From contig CAXBMX010000019.1 in the NCBI GenBank assembly GCA_963977055.1, positions 28,504 to 92,503 on the forward strand: a stretch of DNA of 64,000 bases, given 5' to 3'. A program made the translations under genes and the position numbers. Every line of letters starts with the position of its first letter. Position 1 is the stretch's first letter. Positions 9,203 through 19,812 of the stretch are shown in pieces. The stretch is from an uncultured Verrucomicrobiales bacterium (GTDB lineage Bacteria > Verrucomicrobiota > Verrucomicrobiia > Verrucomicrobiales > DEV007). The notes beneath the pieces were generated by a model, which did not search any database, had not been told where the DNA came from, and saw nothing but the letters and a program-made list of their open reading frames with translations.

Positions 9203-9841
9203 ATGCCGCAGACTTGCCCAAGATGGCTGAAACGCCTCACTTTCTTGTTATTACTCCTAGGGCTTGGCACCCTCGTTTTGGTGGCCTTTCATCGCCCAAT
9301 CTTAACTTCGCTGGCGAACGCCTGGATTGTTGACGACAGCCCCATTGATCAGGTGGATGCGCTCATCGTGCCGGGAGGAGGATTTGAAACCCGCCCCTTT
9401 GGCGCAGCCGAACTCTACCTCAAAGGGGTCTCCGATCGGATCATCACCTTTCAAACTGAAGTATCCCCCAGGGGAAAATTGGGACTGGCGAGGCCCCATC
9501 ACCAGGAAAATATCCAGATCCTGACAAAAAAGGGCGTGCCCGCCACTGCGATCACCGTGATAGGGGACCACGTCGCCAGCACTCAGGACGAAGTCAACGC
9601 AACGGCAGATTGGTGTCAAAAAAACGATATCCAGTCCATTGCTGTTTTTACTGAATACCTTGCCAGCAGACGCGCCGCCTGGGCGTTCCGAAAGCAACTT
9701 TCCGCTCAGGGCGTCACCGTGCATCTGGCCGCTCTAGAGCACCATCCATTTACGCTAAAGGAATGGTGGCTCGACGAAGATGGCGTGATCACTTTCCAAA
9801 ACGAAATCCTCAAGTATTTTTACTACCGGTTGCGTTACTGA
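9203..9841 (+). CDS. YdcF/DUF218 (ElyC/SanA-like) protein with N-terminal membrane anchor
   Basis: TM segment [50 protein letters not shown]. Start placed at ATG 9203, downstream of ops (ORF track starts 9059). Confidence 0.75.
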   Translation: MPQTCPRWLKRLTFLLLLLGLGTLVLVAFHRPILTSLANAWIVDDSPIDQVDALIVPGGGFETRPFGAAELYLKGVSDRIITFQTEVSPRGKLGLARPHHQENIQILTKKGVPATAITVIGDHVASTQDEVNATADWCQKNDIQSIAVFTEYLASRRAAWAFRKQLSAQGVTVHLAALEHHPFTLKEWWLDEDGVITFQNEILKYFYYRLRY

Positions 9842-9875
9842 TCCCGCAACTGACAGTCCCAGCTACTTCCATATC

Positions 9876-10808
9876 ATGCGTATTTTAGTCACCGGCGGGG
9901 CCGGCTTTCTCGGCTCTCATCTCTGCGAGCGCCTTCTCAACGAAGGACATGAGGTCATCTGCCTCGATAACTTCTTCACTGGACGCAAACTCAACATTGC
10001 CCACCTCCTTAGTAATCCCTATTTTGAGCTGGTGAGGCACGATGTCATCGACCCCTTCAAATTTGAAGTCGACCAAATTTACAACCTCGCCTGCCCCGCC
10101 TCGCCTCCTCACTACCAGTTCAACCCGATCAAGACCACCAAGACCTCGGTCATGGGGGCCATCAATTGCCTTGGGCTAGCTAAGCGTGTCAAAGCCCGGG
10201 TATTCCAGGCCTCGACCTCCGAAGTCTACGGAGACCCGGAGGTGCATCCGCAACCGGAGTCCTACAAAGGCAGCGTCAACCCCATCGGCATCCGGGCCTG
10301 CTACGATGAGGGCAAGCGCTGCGCCGAAACGCTCTTCTTCGACTACCATAGGCAAAACGATGTCGACATTCGAGTCGTTCGCATTTTCAACACCTACGGC
10401 CCCCGTATGCTCCCTGATGACGGTCGCGTCGTCTCCAACTTCATTGTCCAGGCACTCAAAGGGGAAGACATCACCATCTACGGTGACGGCACTCAAACGC
10501 GATCATTCTGCTATGTTGACGATCTCATTGAGGGCTTCTCCCGCCTCATGAACACCGAGGGCATCACCGGCCCGATCAACATTGGCAATCCCGGCGAATT
10601 CACCATGCTGGAACTGGCTGAACTCGTGATCAAAAAGGTGGGAGGCACCTCCAAGCTCACCTTCCACCCCCTTCCCGGCGACGACCCCTTGCAACGCCAA
10701 CCGGACATCACCCAAGCCCGGGAAAAGCTGGGCTGGGAACCGAAGGTCTCGCTAGAGCAAGGGCTCGATCCTACGATCGAATACTTCCGTAAAATCGTGT
10801 GCGGCTAA
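9876..10808 (+). CDS. uxs: UDP-glucuronate decarboxylase (UDP-xylose synthase)
   Basis: [61 protein letters not shown]. Confidence 0.93.
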   Translation: MRILVTGGAGFLGSHLCERLLNEGHEVICLDNFFTGRKLNIAHLLSNPYFELVRHDVIDPFKFEVDQIYNLACPASPPHYQFNPIKTTKTSVMGAINCLGLAKRVKARVFQASTSEVYGDPEVHPQPESYKGSVNPIGIRACYDEGKRCAETLFFDYHRQNDVDIRVVRIFNTYGPRMLPDDGRVVSNFIVQALKGEDITIYGDGTQTRSFCYVDDLIEGFSRLMNTEGITGPINIGNPGEFTMLELAELVIKKVGGTSKLTFHPLPGDDPLQRQPDITQAREKLGWEPKVSLEQGLDPTIEYFRKIVCG

Positions 10809-10878
10809 GAGAACCAATACCCGTTAGTTCTGAGCGACTACCTTTCCCTTATTTTTTACTTCGCTGACTAAAATCCCT

Positions 10879-12264
10879 ATGAATATCTGTTGCATCGGAG
10901 CCGGCTACGTTGGCGGACCCACCATGGCGATGATCGCCTCCCGCTGTCCTGACATCACAGTCGATGTCGTCGACGTGAACGAAGAGCGCATCGCCGCCTG
11001 GAATTCAAACGAATTGCCCATTTTTGAACCGGGACTCGACGAAATCGTGACCGAAACCCGTGGACGAAACCTCCACTTTCACACTGATGTCAAAGAAGCC
11101 ATTCGTGCCGCCGACATCGTCTTTGTCTGTGTTGGCACCCCCACCAAGGCGGCCGGCATTGGCGCCGGAAAGGCGGCCGACTTGCGCTTCATCGAACTCG
11201 CCGCTCGCACCATCGCGGAAGTATCCGACAGCCCCAAGATCATCGTCGAAAAGAGCACCATTCCAGTGCGCACCGCCGAAGCGCTTCACACAATTCTTTC
11301 TGCCAACTCTGAGCACGGCACCTTCCAGGTCCTCTCAAATCCCGAGTTCCTCGCCGAAGGAACCGCCATGGTAGATCTCGCTGCCCCGGACCGCATTCTC
11401 ATTGGAGGGGAAACCACCCTCGCAGGCAACCAGGCAGTCGAAACTCTAGCGGGCATCTACGCCAGCTGGGTACCACGCGAACGCATCATCACCACCAACC
11501 TCTGGTCCTCCGAACTTTCCAAGCTCGTCGCCAACGCCTTCCTCGCCCAGCGCATCTCTTCCATCAACAGCATCTCCGCTCTTTGCGAAGCAACTGGGGC
11601 CGACGTGGATGAAGTCGCCAACGCCATCGGCACCGATTCACGCATCGGACCCAAGTTCTTGAAGGCTTCAGTCGGATTCGGCGGGTCCTGCTTTCAGAAA
11701 GACGTGCTCAACCTCTCCTACCTTTGCGAACACTTCGGACTACCCGAAGTGGCCGAATACTGGGATCAAGTCATTCGCATGAACGACTGGCAGAAGAACC
11801 GCTTCACCAAAAAAATCGTCAGCACGCTGTTCAACACCGTCACCGGAAAGCGCATCGCTATTTTTGGCTTTGCCTTCAAGAAGGACACCAACGACACCCG
11901 CGAATCCGCCGCCATTTACGTCTGCCGCGATCTGCTCCTTGAAGAGGCCAAAGTGGCCATCTACGACCCCAGGGTTAGCACAGATCAAATTCGCAAGGAC
12001 TTGCTTGCTGCCGGCGTGCCGCAGGATTGCCTTGATTGCAACCTGGAGATCTCCGAGTCGGCGAAAGCCGCCGCAGATCAAGCCCATGGCATCGCAGTGC
12101 TCACCGAATGGGATCAATTCAACAAACTGAATTGGCCCACCATCCACGAGAGCATGTTCAAACCCGCCTTTCTCTTTGACGGCCGCAATCTGCTCAACCA
12201 CGCGGAGCTTCGCGCAGTGGGGTTTGATGTGTATACGATAGGCAAAGGAGCGGAGGGAAGCTAG
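10879..12264 (+). CDS. ugd: UDP-glucose 6-dehydrogenase
   Basis: [57 protein letters not shown]. Confidence 0.95.
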   Translation: MNICCIGAGYVGGPTMAMIASRCPDITVDVVDVNEERIAAWNSNELPIFEPGLDEIVTETRGRNLHFHTDVKEAIRAADIVFVCVGTPTKAAGIGAGKAADLRFIELAARTIAEVSDSPKIIVEKSTIPVRTAEALHTILSANSEHGTFQVLSNPEFLAEGTAMVDLAAPDRILIGGETTLAGNQAVETLAGIYASWVPRERIITTNLWSSELSKLVANAFLAQRISSINSISALCEATGADVDEVANAIGTDSRIGPKFLKASVGFGGSCFQKDVLNLSYLCEHFGLPEVAEYWDQVIRMNDWQKNRFTKKIVSTLFNTVTGKRIAIFGFAFKKDTNDTRESAAIYVCRDLLLEEAKVAIYDPRVSTDQIRKDLLAAGVPQDCLDCNLEISESAKAAADQAHGIAVLTEWDQFNKLNWPTIHESMFKPAFLFDGRNLLNHAELRAVGFDVYTIGKGAEGS

Positions 12265-12323
12265 CGCTTCGGCTACTTCTCTAGTCAGCGATTTAGATAC
12301 AAAAAAATACCAATTTCCTAGCT

Positions 12324-13151
12324 ATGTCCAAACCGGTTACTATCCTTGAACACGGTCGCGCGGAAAAGAATTATTGGCGCGATCTCTGGCACTATAGGGA
12401 ACTTTTTCAAGTTCTGGCGTGGCGGGACATTTCCGTAAGGTACAAACAAACTATTATCGGTGTTGCCTGGGCCGTGATACGCCCCGTGCTCACCATGATC
12501 GTTTTCACCGTGATCTTCGGAAAGGTTGCCAAACTCCCTACTGAAGGCAGCGCTCCCTATGCCCTCATGGTCTTTGCCGGCATGTTGCCTTGGCAGTTTT
12601 TTGCGACAGCTTTATCTGACGCTTCAAACAGCCTCGTCACCAATGCCAACTTAATTTCTAAAGTCTACTTCCCGCGAATGATCGTCCCGAGCGCCACGGT
12701 GGTGGTTGCCTTCGTTGATTTTGCAATCAGCTTCGTGATTCTCATTGGAATGATGATCTGGTATCAGTATATTCCTGGGTGGCAAATACTGTCTCTTCCT
12801 TTCTTCATCCTTATCGCACTCCTGGCCTCCCTAGGCCCCGGTCTATGGATCACAGCTCTCAACGTTAAATATCGAGACTTCCGATATGTCATTCCATTTC
12901 TGGTTCAATTCGGGCTCTACATTTCCCCGGTTGGATTTTCGAGTTCAGTTATTCCAGAGAAGTGGCGGCTCCTCTATTCGCTCAATCCGATGGTCGGAGT
13001 CATCGATGGGTTTCGCTGGTGCATCCTTGGCGGTGACGCAACGGTAGACTTGCGAAGCTTTGGAATTTCCATCGCGGTTACCGCTCTCTTTCTTTGGATT
13101 GGGATACGTCAGTTCAGAAAAATGGAAAAGAGTTTCGCAGACTTAATTTAG
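12324..13151 (+). CDS. wzm: Polysaccharide ABC transporter permease
   Basis: LAWRDISVRYKQT, LISKVYFPR, YRDFRYVIPFLVQ, YSLNPMVGVIDGFRW. Confidence 0.93.
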   Translation: MSKPVTILEHGRAEKNYWRDLWHYRELFQVLAWRDISVRYKQTIIGVAWAVIRPVLTMIVFTVIFGKVAKLPTEGSAPYALMVFAGMLPWQFFATALSDASNSLVTNANLISKVYFPRMIVPSATVVVAFVDFAISFVILIGMMIWYQYIPGWQILSLPFFILIALLASLGPGLWITALNVKYRDFRYVIPFLVQFGLYISPVGFSSSVIPEKWRLLYSLNPMVGVIDGFRWCILGGDATVDLRSFGISIAVTALFLWIGIRQFRKMEKSFADLI

Positions 13152-13165
13152 CCATTTAAACGCCT

Positions 13166-14395
13166 ATGTCAGACACTGTTATATCTGTAGAGAATCTTTC
13201 CAAATGCTACCTAGTAGGCCATCAGGATACTCAGGAACAGTATCAATCGTTTCGCGATACACTCGTTCGGCACGGGAAGAACTTCGGGCGAAAAGCCATC
13301 GATATGGCTCGGGGGCGTCAGATCATCCAAGGTGATACGGTCGAAGAATTCTGGGCACTGAAAGACGTTTCATTTGAGGTAAAGCAAGGAGAGGCACTAG
13401 GTATTATTGGCCACAACGGTGCGGGCAAAAGCACACTGCTGAAACTGCTCTCCCGGATCACAGAACCCTCTAAAGGAAGAATCACACTGCACGGCAGGGT
13501 TTCATCCCTCCTCGAAGTCGGGACTGGATTTCACCCGGAACTGACCGGGAGAGAGAACATCTTTCTGAACGGAGCCATCCTCGGAATGAATAAGTCAGAA
13601 ATCCGAGCGAAATTTGATGAAATCGTCGCCTTCGCAGGAGTTGAGAAATTTTTGGATACTCCTGTAAAGCGCTACTCTTCGGGAATGTACGTTCGCCTTG
13701 CCTTTGCTGTAGCCGCTCACCTTGAGTCGGAAATCCTCGTCGTTGATGAAGTGCTGGCAGTCGGCGACATGGACTTCCAAAAAAAGTGTCTCGGCAAAAT
13801 GAACGACATCACGCAAACCGGCCGAACGGTTCTTTTCGTCAGTCACAACTTACAAGCAGTTCGAAAGCTCTGCGACTCAGGAATCGTATTGAGTTCTGGA
13901 CAAGTCACCTTCCATGGCGAGGTCGAAGATTCGATCGCAGCCTACAAAGAATGCTCACAATTTACCCAACGGGAATTGAAAGGCGATTCGAAAAAACCTC
14001 ATATGACTAAAATTTCAGTCTGCGAGGAGACACTGAAAAAAGGCTCTCTTAAGTTCACAGTGCACTACAAATCGCCCAATGAAATATCTACTCCCTTAGT
14101 TGGAATGGTCATCAATGACGAACTTGGATCTCCAGTCATTGGCCACAATACATGGATGGACGAGACCTATGAGCCAATGCCCGGATCAGAGGGGAAAATT
14201 ACTTTAACCGCCGACAACCTACCACTCCATTCAGGAGTTTATTACGTTTCTGCTTTCTTTGGAAATCAGAATGAGAATACTCACGTCGAGCGCGATTTTA
14301 TCGAACTCCATATTGATGGGGACCCTCTTCCCAGAGGACTCTCAAAGAGTCAAATCGGATCAACGGAATTGCTCGGAAAGTGGCGATGTGAATAG
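13166..14395 (+). CDS. wzt: Polysaccharide ABC transporter ATP-binding protein with C-terminal extension (carbohydrate-binding-domain-like)
   Basis: Walker A GHNGAGKST, signature YSSGMYVRLAF, Walker B ILVVDEVLAVGD, about 140-aa extra C-terminal domain. Confidence 0.93.
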   Translation: MSDTVISVENLSKCYLVGHQDTQEQYQSFRDTLVRHGKNFGRKAIDMARGRQIIQGDTVEEFWALKDVSFEVKQGEALGIIGHNGAGKSTLLKLLSRITEPSKGRITLHGRVSSLLEVGTGFHPELTGRENIFLNGAILGMNKSEIRAKFDEIVAFAGVEKFLDTPVKRYSSGMYVRLAFAVAAHLESEILVVDEVLAVGDMDFQKKCLGKMNDITQTGRTVLFVSHNLQAVRKLCDSGIVLSSGQVTFHGEVEDSIAAYKECSQFTQRELKGDSKKPHMTKISVCEETLKKGSLKFTVHYKSPNEISTPLVGMVINDELGSPVIGHNTWMDETYEPMPGSEGKITLTADNLPLHSGVYYVSAFFGNQNENTHVERDFIELHIDGDPLPRGLSKSQIGSTELLGKWRCE

Positions 14396-14406
14396 GAGCT
14401 TCAATT

Positions 14407-15048
14407 ATGAAATCAATTCTTCGAAAAGCACAATATTGGATAACGCATCCGAGCTATGCAGCAAACCGGGCCATTCTTGCTTCCGGCTACGATTACGGAC
14501 AATGGTCACGAGTCGTGATGGACCAAGAAATTTTTGGCATGTTGGCTTCCCTCCCAACAGCTAATATGAGAGCGATGGAGATCTCGCCCAACCCCACAGG
14601 CTCCCGATGGGCGGCGGCAAATTTTGAGTCATTCAAAGATGTCCACTACCCGGAGTTCGACATCTGCTGCGACCAATTAGATGACAAATTTGACATCATC
14701 ATAGCAGATCAAGTATTTGAGCATTTGAAATATCCCTATCGGGCCGCTAAAAATATTTACGAAATGCTCGCGCCCGGAGGATTTTTTCTAAATACCACCC
14801 CCTTTTTAATTCGGCATCACGCCAACCCGGATGATTACAGTCGCTGGACAGAATTAGGAATGACCTATTTTCTCGAAGAGTCGGGATTCTCAGCAGAACA
14901 AACTCAAACCGGAAGCTGGGGAAATCGAAAGTGCGTCGTTGCAAACTTACACAAGACTCGATGGGCCTCTTTTGGATGGGGAAAACCGATTAACAATGAG
15001 CCCGAATTCCCCGTAGTAGTTTGGGCACTAGCGCAAAAGGAATCTTAA
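14407..15048 (+). CDS. Class I SAM-dependent methyltransferase
   Basis: FDIIIADQVFEHL, EMLAPGGFFLNTTPF, HANPDDYSRWT. Confidence 0.8.
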   Translation: MKSILRKAQYWITHPSYAANRAILASGYDYGQWSRVVMDQEIFGMLASLPTANMRAMEISPNPTGSRWAAANFESFKDVHYPEFDICCDQLDDKFDIIIADQVFEHLKYPYRAAKNIYEMLAPGGFFLNTTPFLIRHHANPDDYSRWTELGMTYFLEESGFSAEQTQTGSWGNRKCVVANLHKTRWASFGWGKPINNEPEFPVVVWALAQKES

Positions 15049-15065
15049 AGTCTCAGCCACGTTGC

Positions 15066-15662
15066 ATGATCATCGCTCGCCTCTTTCACTGCAGAGCTTT
15101 TAACTCTTTGATACAAACCTGCAGAAGGGTTTTTTCAATAAGTACGACGACGAGCCTCAGCATTTGCCCATCGGTAAAACTTGGGCGCGACATAGTATTC
15201 GAAACTCACCGCGCCCAGGTAAATCAAAGCTCAATAACGGTGGGATCAGACACCAGTATTGAAGATCATGTAAGACTGGAGGCATGGCGAGGATCAATCA
15301 ATGTGTCTAACAGTGTTTTTATTGGACCCTTCACCGTCATTTACGGCCACGGGGGCGTCGACATCGGGGAGCGCACACTCATCGCAATGCATTGCCGCAT
15401 ACTATCCTCGAATCATACCATTCCGAACTATGAAACGCCCATCTCCAGCTGCCCAGACACGAAATCGCCCACAAAGCTAGGCCGCGATGTATGGCTTGGT
15501 GCAGGCGTCACCATTTTGGGAGGGGTCGAGATCGGCGACGGTTGTGTTATTGGCGCAGGGTCAGTTGTTACCAAGAGCCTCCCTCCCGGTGCTATTGCCT
15601 ATGGAATTCCAGCCGTAATCCAAGGCTGGCGAAAAGGAAGTCCTGGGGATAAATCAGAATAG
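15066..15662 (+). CDS. Hexapeptide-repeat (LbH) O-acetyltransferase
   Basis: IGPFTVIYGHGGVDIG, SSNH, LGRDVWLGAGVTILGGVEIGDGCVIGAGSVVTK. Confidence 0.88.
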   Translation: MIIARLFHCRAFNSLIQTCRRVFSISTTTSLSICPSVKLGRDIVFETHRAQVNQSSITVGSDTSIEDHVRLEAWRGSINVSNSVFIGPFTVIYGHGGVDIGERTLIAMHCRILSSNHTIPNYETPISSCPDTKSPTKLGRDVWLGAGVTILGGVEIGDGCVIGAGSVVTKSLPPGAIAYGIPAVIQGWRKGSPGDKSE

Positions 15663-15712
15663 AAAAGCTCACAAGAGTCCTTGCCCGACACGACGATTAG
15701 CCATCTAAGTCC

Positions 15713-16651
15713 ATGCGTATTACTGTCATCATTCCAACTCACAACCCTGATCTAGGACGGCTCAAGGCTACTCTCTGCGGACTTCAAGCTCAAACATTGG
15801 AGAAAGAACAGTGGGAACTAATCATCGTAGACAACGGCTCCTCCCCCGCTCTGTCTGAAGAATTTTGCCAAGCCCACTTCACCCGGCAATATCGTATTAT
15901 TTGCGAGCCGGAATTGGGACTTTCGAATGCTCGACTTCGTGGGATCAAAGAATCACAGACCGAATTGCTTGTCTTTTCAGATGATGATAATGTCTTGGCC
16001 CCTGATTACCTCAAATTGACCCTAACCCAATTTGAGCTTCACGCTCAAATTGGCATCGCCGGAGGAAAGAGTATTCCGGCCTACGAGGAGGCCTTACCCG
16101 GGTGGTTCGTAGAAGGAATGGCCCCGCTGGGATGTCGCGACCTCGGAGATGAAGACATCGTATTTGACGCCGACTGCTACAAAAAGGAACCCAGCTACCC
16201 GGAGTGTGCCCCCATCGGAGCGGGCATGGCATTTCGAAAACAGGCTGTAAAAACCTGGATGGAAAATGTGGGGGAAACAGGGATTTCCGACCGAAAAGGA
16301 GATTCACTGAGTTCAGCCGGTGATTGTGACATGGTGCTTTACGCCCTGGATGCCGGATGGTCCGCGGCCTACTGGCCTGAATTGTCCTTACAACACCTTA
16401 TCCCGCCGCAAAGAGTGACTCGCAAATACTTAGGACGAATTTCACGCTGTGCCTATAGTGATTTCATCCAAGTGCTTTCGCTGCACCGAATCGAACCGTG
16501 GAGCTCTATTCCTGCTTGGTCAGTCCCTCTAAGGACGATCAAAGCGTGGTTTCAAACCCGCGCTTGGAAGGGACCTCAAGAACACGTTCGATGGCAGTGT
16601 GCCACCGGCAATTTCGAAGGCCGATCAAAATTACACAAAAAGCTACCGTGA
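15713..16651 (+). CDS. Glycosyltransferase family 2
   Basis: ITVIIPTHNP, IIVDNGS, GLSNARLRG, VFSDDDN, AGDCDM. Confidence 0.9.
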   Translation: MRITVIIPTHNPDLGRLKATLCGLQAQTLEKEQWELIIVDNGSSPALSEEFCQAHFTRQYRIICEPELGLSNARLRGIKESQTELLVFSDDDNVLAPDYLKLTLTQFELHAQIGIAGGKSIPAYEEALPGWFVEGMAPLGCRDLGDEDIVFDADCYKKEPSYPECAPIGAGMAFRKQAVKTWMENVGETGISDRKGDSLSSAGDCDMVLYALDAGWSAAYWPELSLQHLIPPQRVTRKYLGRISRCAYSDFIQVLSLHRIEPWSSIPAWSVPLRTIKAWFQTRAWKGPQEHVRWQCATGNFEGRSKLHKKLP

Positions 16652-17652
16652 ATCGACAGTTCCTGAGCAACCTGAAAACGAAAATTTACCGCCGCCCCAA
16701 GGATCAATTGGGGCGTATGGCTAATTGGGGGCCTCGGGCCTATTTTGGTATCAACCGGTGGAAAGCCGAAATGGAGGAAGCGGCAAAAGCTCTTCCCGTG
16801 TTATCGCCTACCCCCCATAGCAACTCCCATGATTCTCATCCTGAGCCGGAGTTGGAACTCTGGTTCCTAACGGGCGCACAATTTTGGTATCAAACTGCAT
16901 TCTGCGCCTGGACGCTGGCAAAACAATCAGGAAGAGAAGTCACACTGAACGTCGTTGATGACGGATCTTTACTAAGGGAGCACGAAGATCATCTCAGGCG
17001 TATTTTCCCCAAAGGCCAGACCATTCAAAAGTCAACTGTAACTGAGCGCCTCAATGAACTGCTCCCAGAAACACGATTCCCGATCCTTCGATCAAGATGG
17101 GAAGACTACGTCAATATCAGGAAACTCACCGACGTCCACTTGGGCTCAACTGGAGCTAAATTGGTTCTCGACTCTGATATGCTCTTCTTCGGCCGACCCA
17201 ATGAGCTTTTGGATTGGTGGGACTGCCAAGGAGTCCGTCGAAAGGCAGACCCAGACAATGACTCATTCTCCACCTGCCTCATGACCGACTGTGAGGAATC
17301 ATACGGCTACTCGCGGCCTCTGATGGAATCTCTTTCTGGAGCACCTATCCCCGAATTGCTGAATGTCGGCGTATGCGGATTGCGCAGTGACGCTCTGGAT
17401 TGGGAGGAACTTGAATACTGGTGTCGAACACTTCTTGAAAAGGAAGGAACGAGCTACTTTTTGGAACAAGCGCTCGTTGCGATGTTAGCATCGCGGTCTT
17501 CGCCAACAGTTATGCCTAAGGCAAGCTACATCACTTTTCCTTCGAAACAGCAAGCAGTAACAGGTGAAGGGGTACTCCAACACTACGTGTCAGACAGTAA
17601 GCCTCAATACTTTGAAGCAGCCTGGAAATTGGCTTCCACAAAGATACATTGA
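16648..17652 (+). CDS. Putative GT-A-fold glycosyltransferase of unassigned family
   Basis: GTG start overlaps the upstream TGA. Motifs LNVVDDGSL, RKLTD, LVLDSDMLFF (DxD), LLNVGVCG, FLEQAL, QHYV. Confidence 0.65.
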   Translation: MNRQFLSNLKTKIYRRPKDQLGRMANWGPRAYFGINRWKAEMEEAAKALPVLSPTPHSNSHDSHPEPELELWFLTGAQFWYQTAFCAWTLAKQSGREVTLNVVDDGSLLREHEDHLRRIFPKGQTIQKSTVTERLNELLPETRFPILRSRWEDYVNIRKLTDVHLGSTGAKLVLDSDMLFFGRPNELLDWWDCQGVRRKADPDNDSFSTCLMTDCEESYGYSRPLMESLSGAPIPELLNVGVCGLRSDALDWEELEYWCRTLLEKEGTSYFLEQALVAMLASRSSPTVMPKASYITFPSKQQAVTGEGVLQHYVSDSKPQYFEAAWKLASTKIH

Positions 17653-18611
17653 TGAATCACCGCCCTCTCGTCAGTATCTGCATCCCGTGCCACAACGGTG
17701 GTCCGTTCGTCCGTCAGGCTGTGCAATCGGCCCTAGACCAGACTTGGCAAGATATTGAAATCATCGTAGTTAATGATGCTTCAACAGACGAAAGCGCATC
17801 AGTCCTCGCTTCATTCGACGATTCCCGATTGACTGTTATTGATGAGAAGTGTGGAAGCGCACCTCGAACTCGAAACCGAGCCCTTGAGCAAGCAGAAGGC
17901 GAATACATCAAATTCTTTGACGCCGACGATGTAATCTCACCCGGGTTAATCGAAAGACAGATAGAGAAATTGAAGGGGAGGCAGGACGCGATTGCTTCCT
18001 CTGAATGGGGTAGGTTTTACGATGATAACCTATCGACCTATCGCGCAAATCCAGAACCCGTTTGGCAAGATATGGAAGCTTCCGATTGGCTGGTAAAATC
18101 TTGGGAAAAAGCGCGACCCATGTGCCAGCCGGGAATGTTTCTCATTCCCAGAACCCTCATTCAAAAGTCAGGCCCATGGGATACCAAACTTGCGGAGCAC
18201 TCCCCCTGTGACGATTTCGAGTTTTTTGCCCGAGTAATCAGCAATGCGAATGAGGTCTTGTTCACGCCGGGTGAAACCCTTTATTATCGCTCAGAAATTG
18301 AGGGTAGCCTGTCAAAGCAAACGTCGAAAAAGGCGGTGGAAGCAGCCTACCACTCAATACTTCAAGGAACAAACGCACTGCTAAGCCGTCGAAACGATGC
18401 TGAATCTCGCCAATCCTGCGCAAGCGTTCTTCAGAATTTCATCTATACATACTATCCAAACTTTCCCGACCTTCTCAAGCGTATGGAGGCTCGCGTCGCG
18501 GAACTTGGAGGAACCAATTTGAGGGCGGGCGGACCGCCTCGATTTCAACAGGTCCAAAAATTTCTTGGTTGGAAACTAGCTCGCAGAATTCAACGGCTAT
18601 TCGGACACTGA
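17652..18611 (+). CDS. Glycosyltransferase family 2
   Basis: LVSICIPCHN, IIVVNDASTD, RNRAL, IKFFDADD, DDFEF. Confidence 0.9.
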   Translation: MNHRPLVSICIPCHNGGPFVRQAVQSALDQTWQDIEIIVVNDASTDESASVLASFDDSRLTVIDEKCGSAPRTRNRALEQAEGEYIKFFDADDVISPGLIERQIEKLKGRQDAIASSEWGRFYDDNLSTYRANPEPVWQDMEASDWLVKSWEKARPMCQPGMFLIPRTLIQKSGPWDTKLAEHSPCDDFEFFARVISNANEVLFTPGETLYYRSEIEGSLSKQTSKKAVEAAYHSILQGTNALLSRRNDAESRQSCASVLQNFIYTYYPNFPDLLKRMEARVAELGGTNLRAGGPPRFQQVQKFLGWKLARRIQRLFGH

Positions 18612-18643
18612 ATTCCCTTTTTGATCGCGAAACAAACCTCCGA

Positions 18644-19795
18644 ATGAAAAAAATCGCACTAGTTGTCGGGACTCGCCCCGAAGCAATCAAACTCGCTCCC
18701 GTGTACCATGCCTTAGCAGAATCATCAAAATTTCGACCAGTACTGCTATCGACAGGGCAGCATCGCGAGATGCTTCACCAAGCCCTTTCAGCATTTGACA
18801 TTCAACCTGACTTCGACTTGGACCTTATGACGAAAGGCCAATCATTGGCCCAGATTACGTCTCGAGTGATTGGAGCAGTTTCACAATTCCTCCAAGAGAG
18901 CTCCCCTGCCGCAGTTCTCGTACAAGGTGACACCACAACTGTTTTAGCGGCATCGATATCCGCTTTTTATGAGAGGATTCCGTTAGGCCATATCGAGGCG
19001 GGCTTGAGGACTCACAACATGAACTCACCTTGGCCCGAAGAAATGAATCGCCGCCTTGTTTCCCCAATAGCAAAGTGGAATTTTGCTCCAACTGAAGGTA
19101 GTCGATCCAATTTGCTCAAAGAAGCCATTGATGCTTCGAGCATCCACGTCACGGGCAATACGGTTATCGATTCTCTTCTTTTCATTCGAGATCGTATCCG
19201 CACCACAGATATTGACGAGAGCCTACTTTGTAAACGCTTAGGAATTCCGAACGAATTTCACTCTGAATTCATGGCCAATCCCGCCCGAAAGTGGCTACTT
19301 GTGACAGGTCATCGAAGGGAATCGTTTGGCAGTGGCTTTGAAAACATTTGCCAGGCACTGATTCAGCTTACTGAGGCTCATCCCGATCTAGGCATTCTCT
19401 ATCCCGTTCACCTCAACCCAAACGTACAGGAACCCGTCAACAGGATCCTCAACAAGAATCCTCAGATTGCTCTTATTGAACCTGCCGGCTACGAAGATTT
19501 CGTATGGCTATTGGATCATTGTCACTTTGTGATGAGTGATTCCGGAGGGGTTCAGGAGGAAGCGCCAAGCCTAGGCAAACCCGTTTTGGTGCTCAGGGAA
19601 AACACTGAGCGCCCGGAAGCAGTTTCGGCTGGCACTTGCCGTCTGGTTGGCACCGACTCCGAATCGATCTGTCGCGAAGCCGAGGTTCTCCTCAACGACC
19701 CTTCGGAGTACGCCAGGCGGAGCACTCTCGTTAACCCCTACGGGGACGGGAAAGCTTCCGGCCGGATCCTCAACATTCTGGAAGACTCTTTATAG
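18644..19795 (+). CDS. wecB: UDP-N-acetylglucosamine 2-epimerase (non-hydrolysing)
   Basis: GTRPEAIK, TGQHREM, VQGDTTT, HIEAGLR, WPEEMNR, HRRES, DSGGVQEEAPSLGKP, TERPE, NPYGDG. Confidence 0.95.
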   Translation: MKKIALVVGTRPEAIKLAPVYHALAESSKFRPVLLSTGQHREMLHQALSAFDIQPDFDLDLMTKGQSLAQITSRVIGAVSQFLQESSPAAVLVQGDTTTVLAASISAFYERIPLGHIEAGLRTHNMNSPWPEEMNRRLVSPIAKWNFAPTEGSRSNLLKEAIDASSIHVTGNTVIDSLLFIRDRIRTTDIDESLLCKRLGIPNEFHSEFMANPARKWLLVTGHRRESFGSGFENICQALIQLTEAHPDLGILYPVHLNPNVQEPVNRILNKNPQIALIEPAGYEDFVWLLDHCHFVMSDSGGVQEEAPSLGKPVLVLRENTERPEAVSAGTCRLVGTDSESICREAEVLLNDPSEYARRSTLVNPYGDGKASGRILNILEDSL

Positions 19796-19812
19796 AGTTT
19801 GGGATCATCTAA

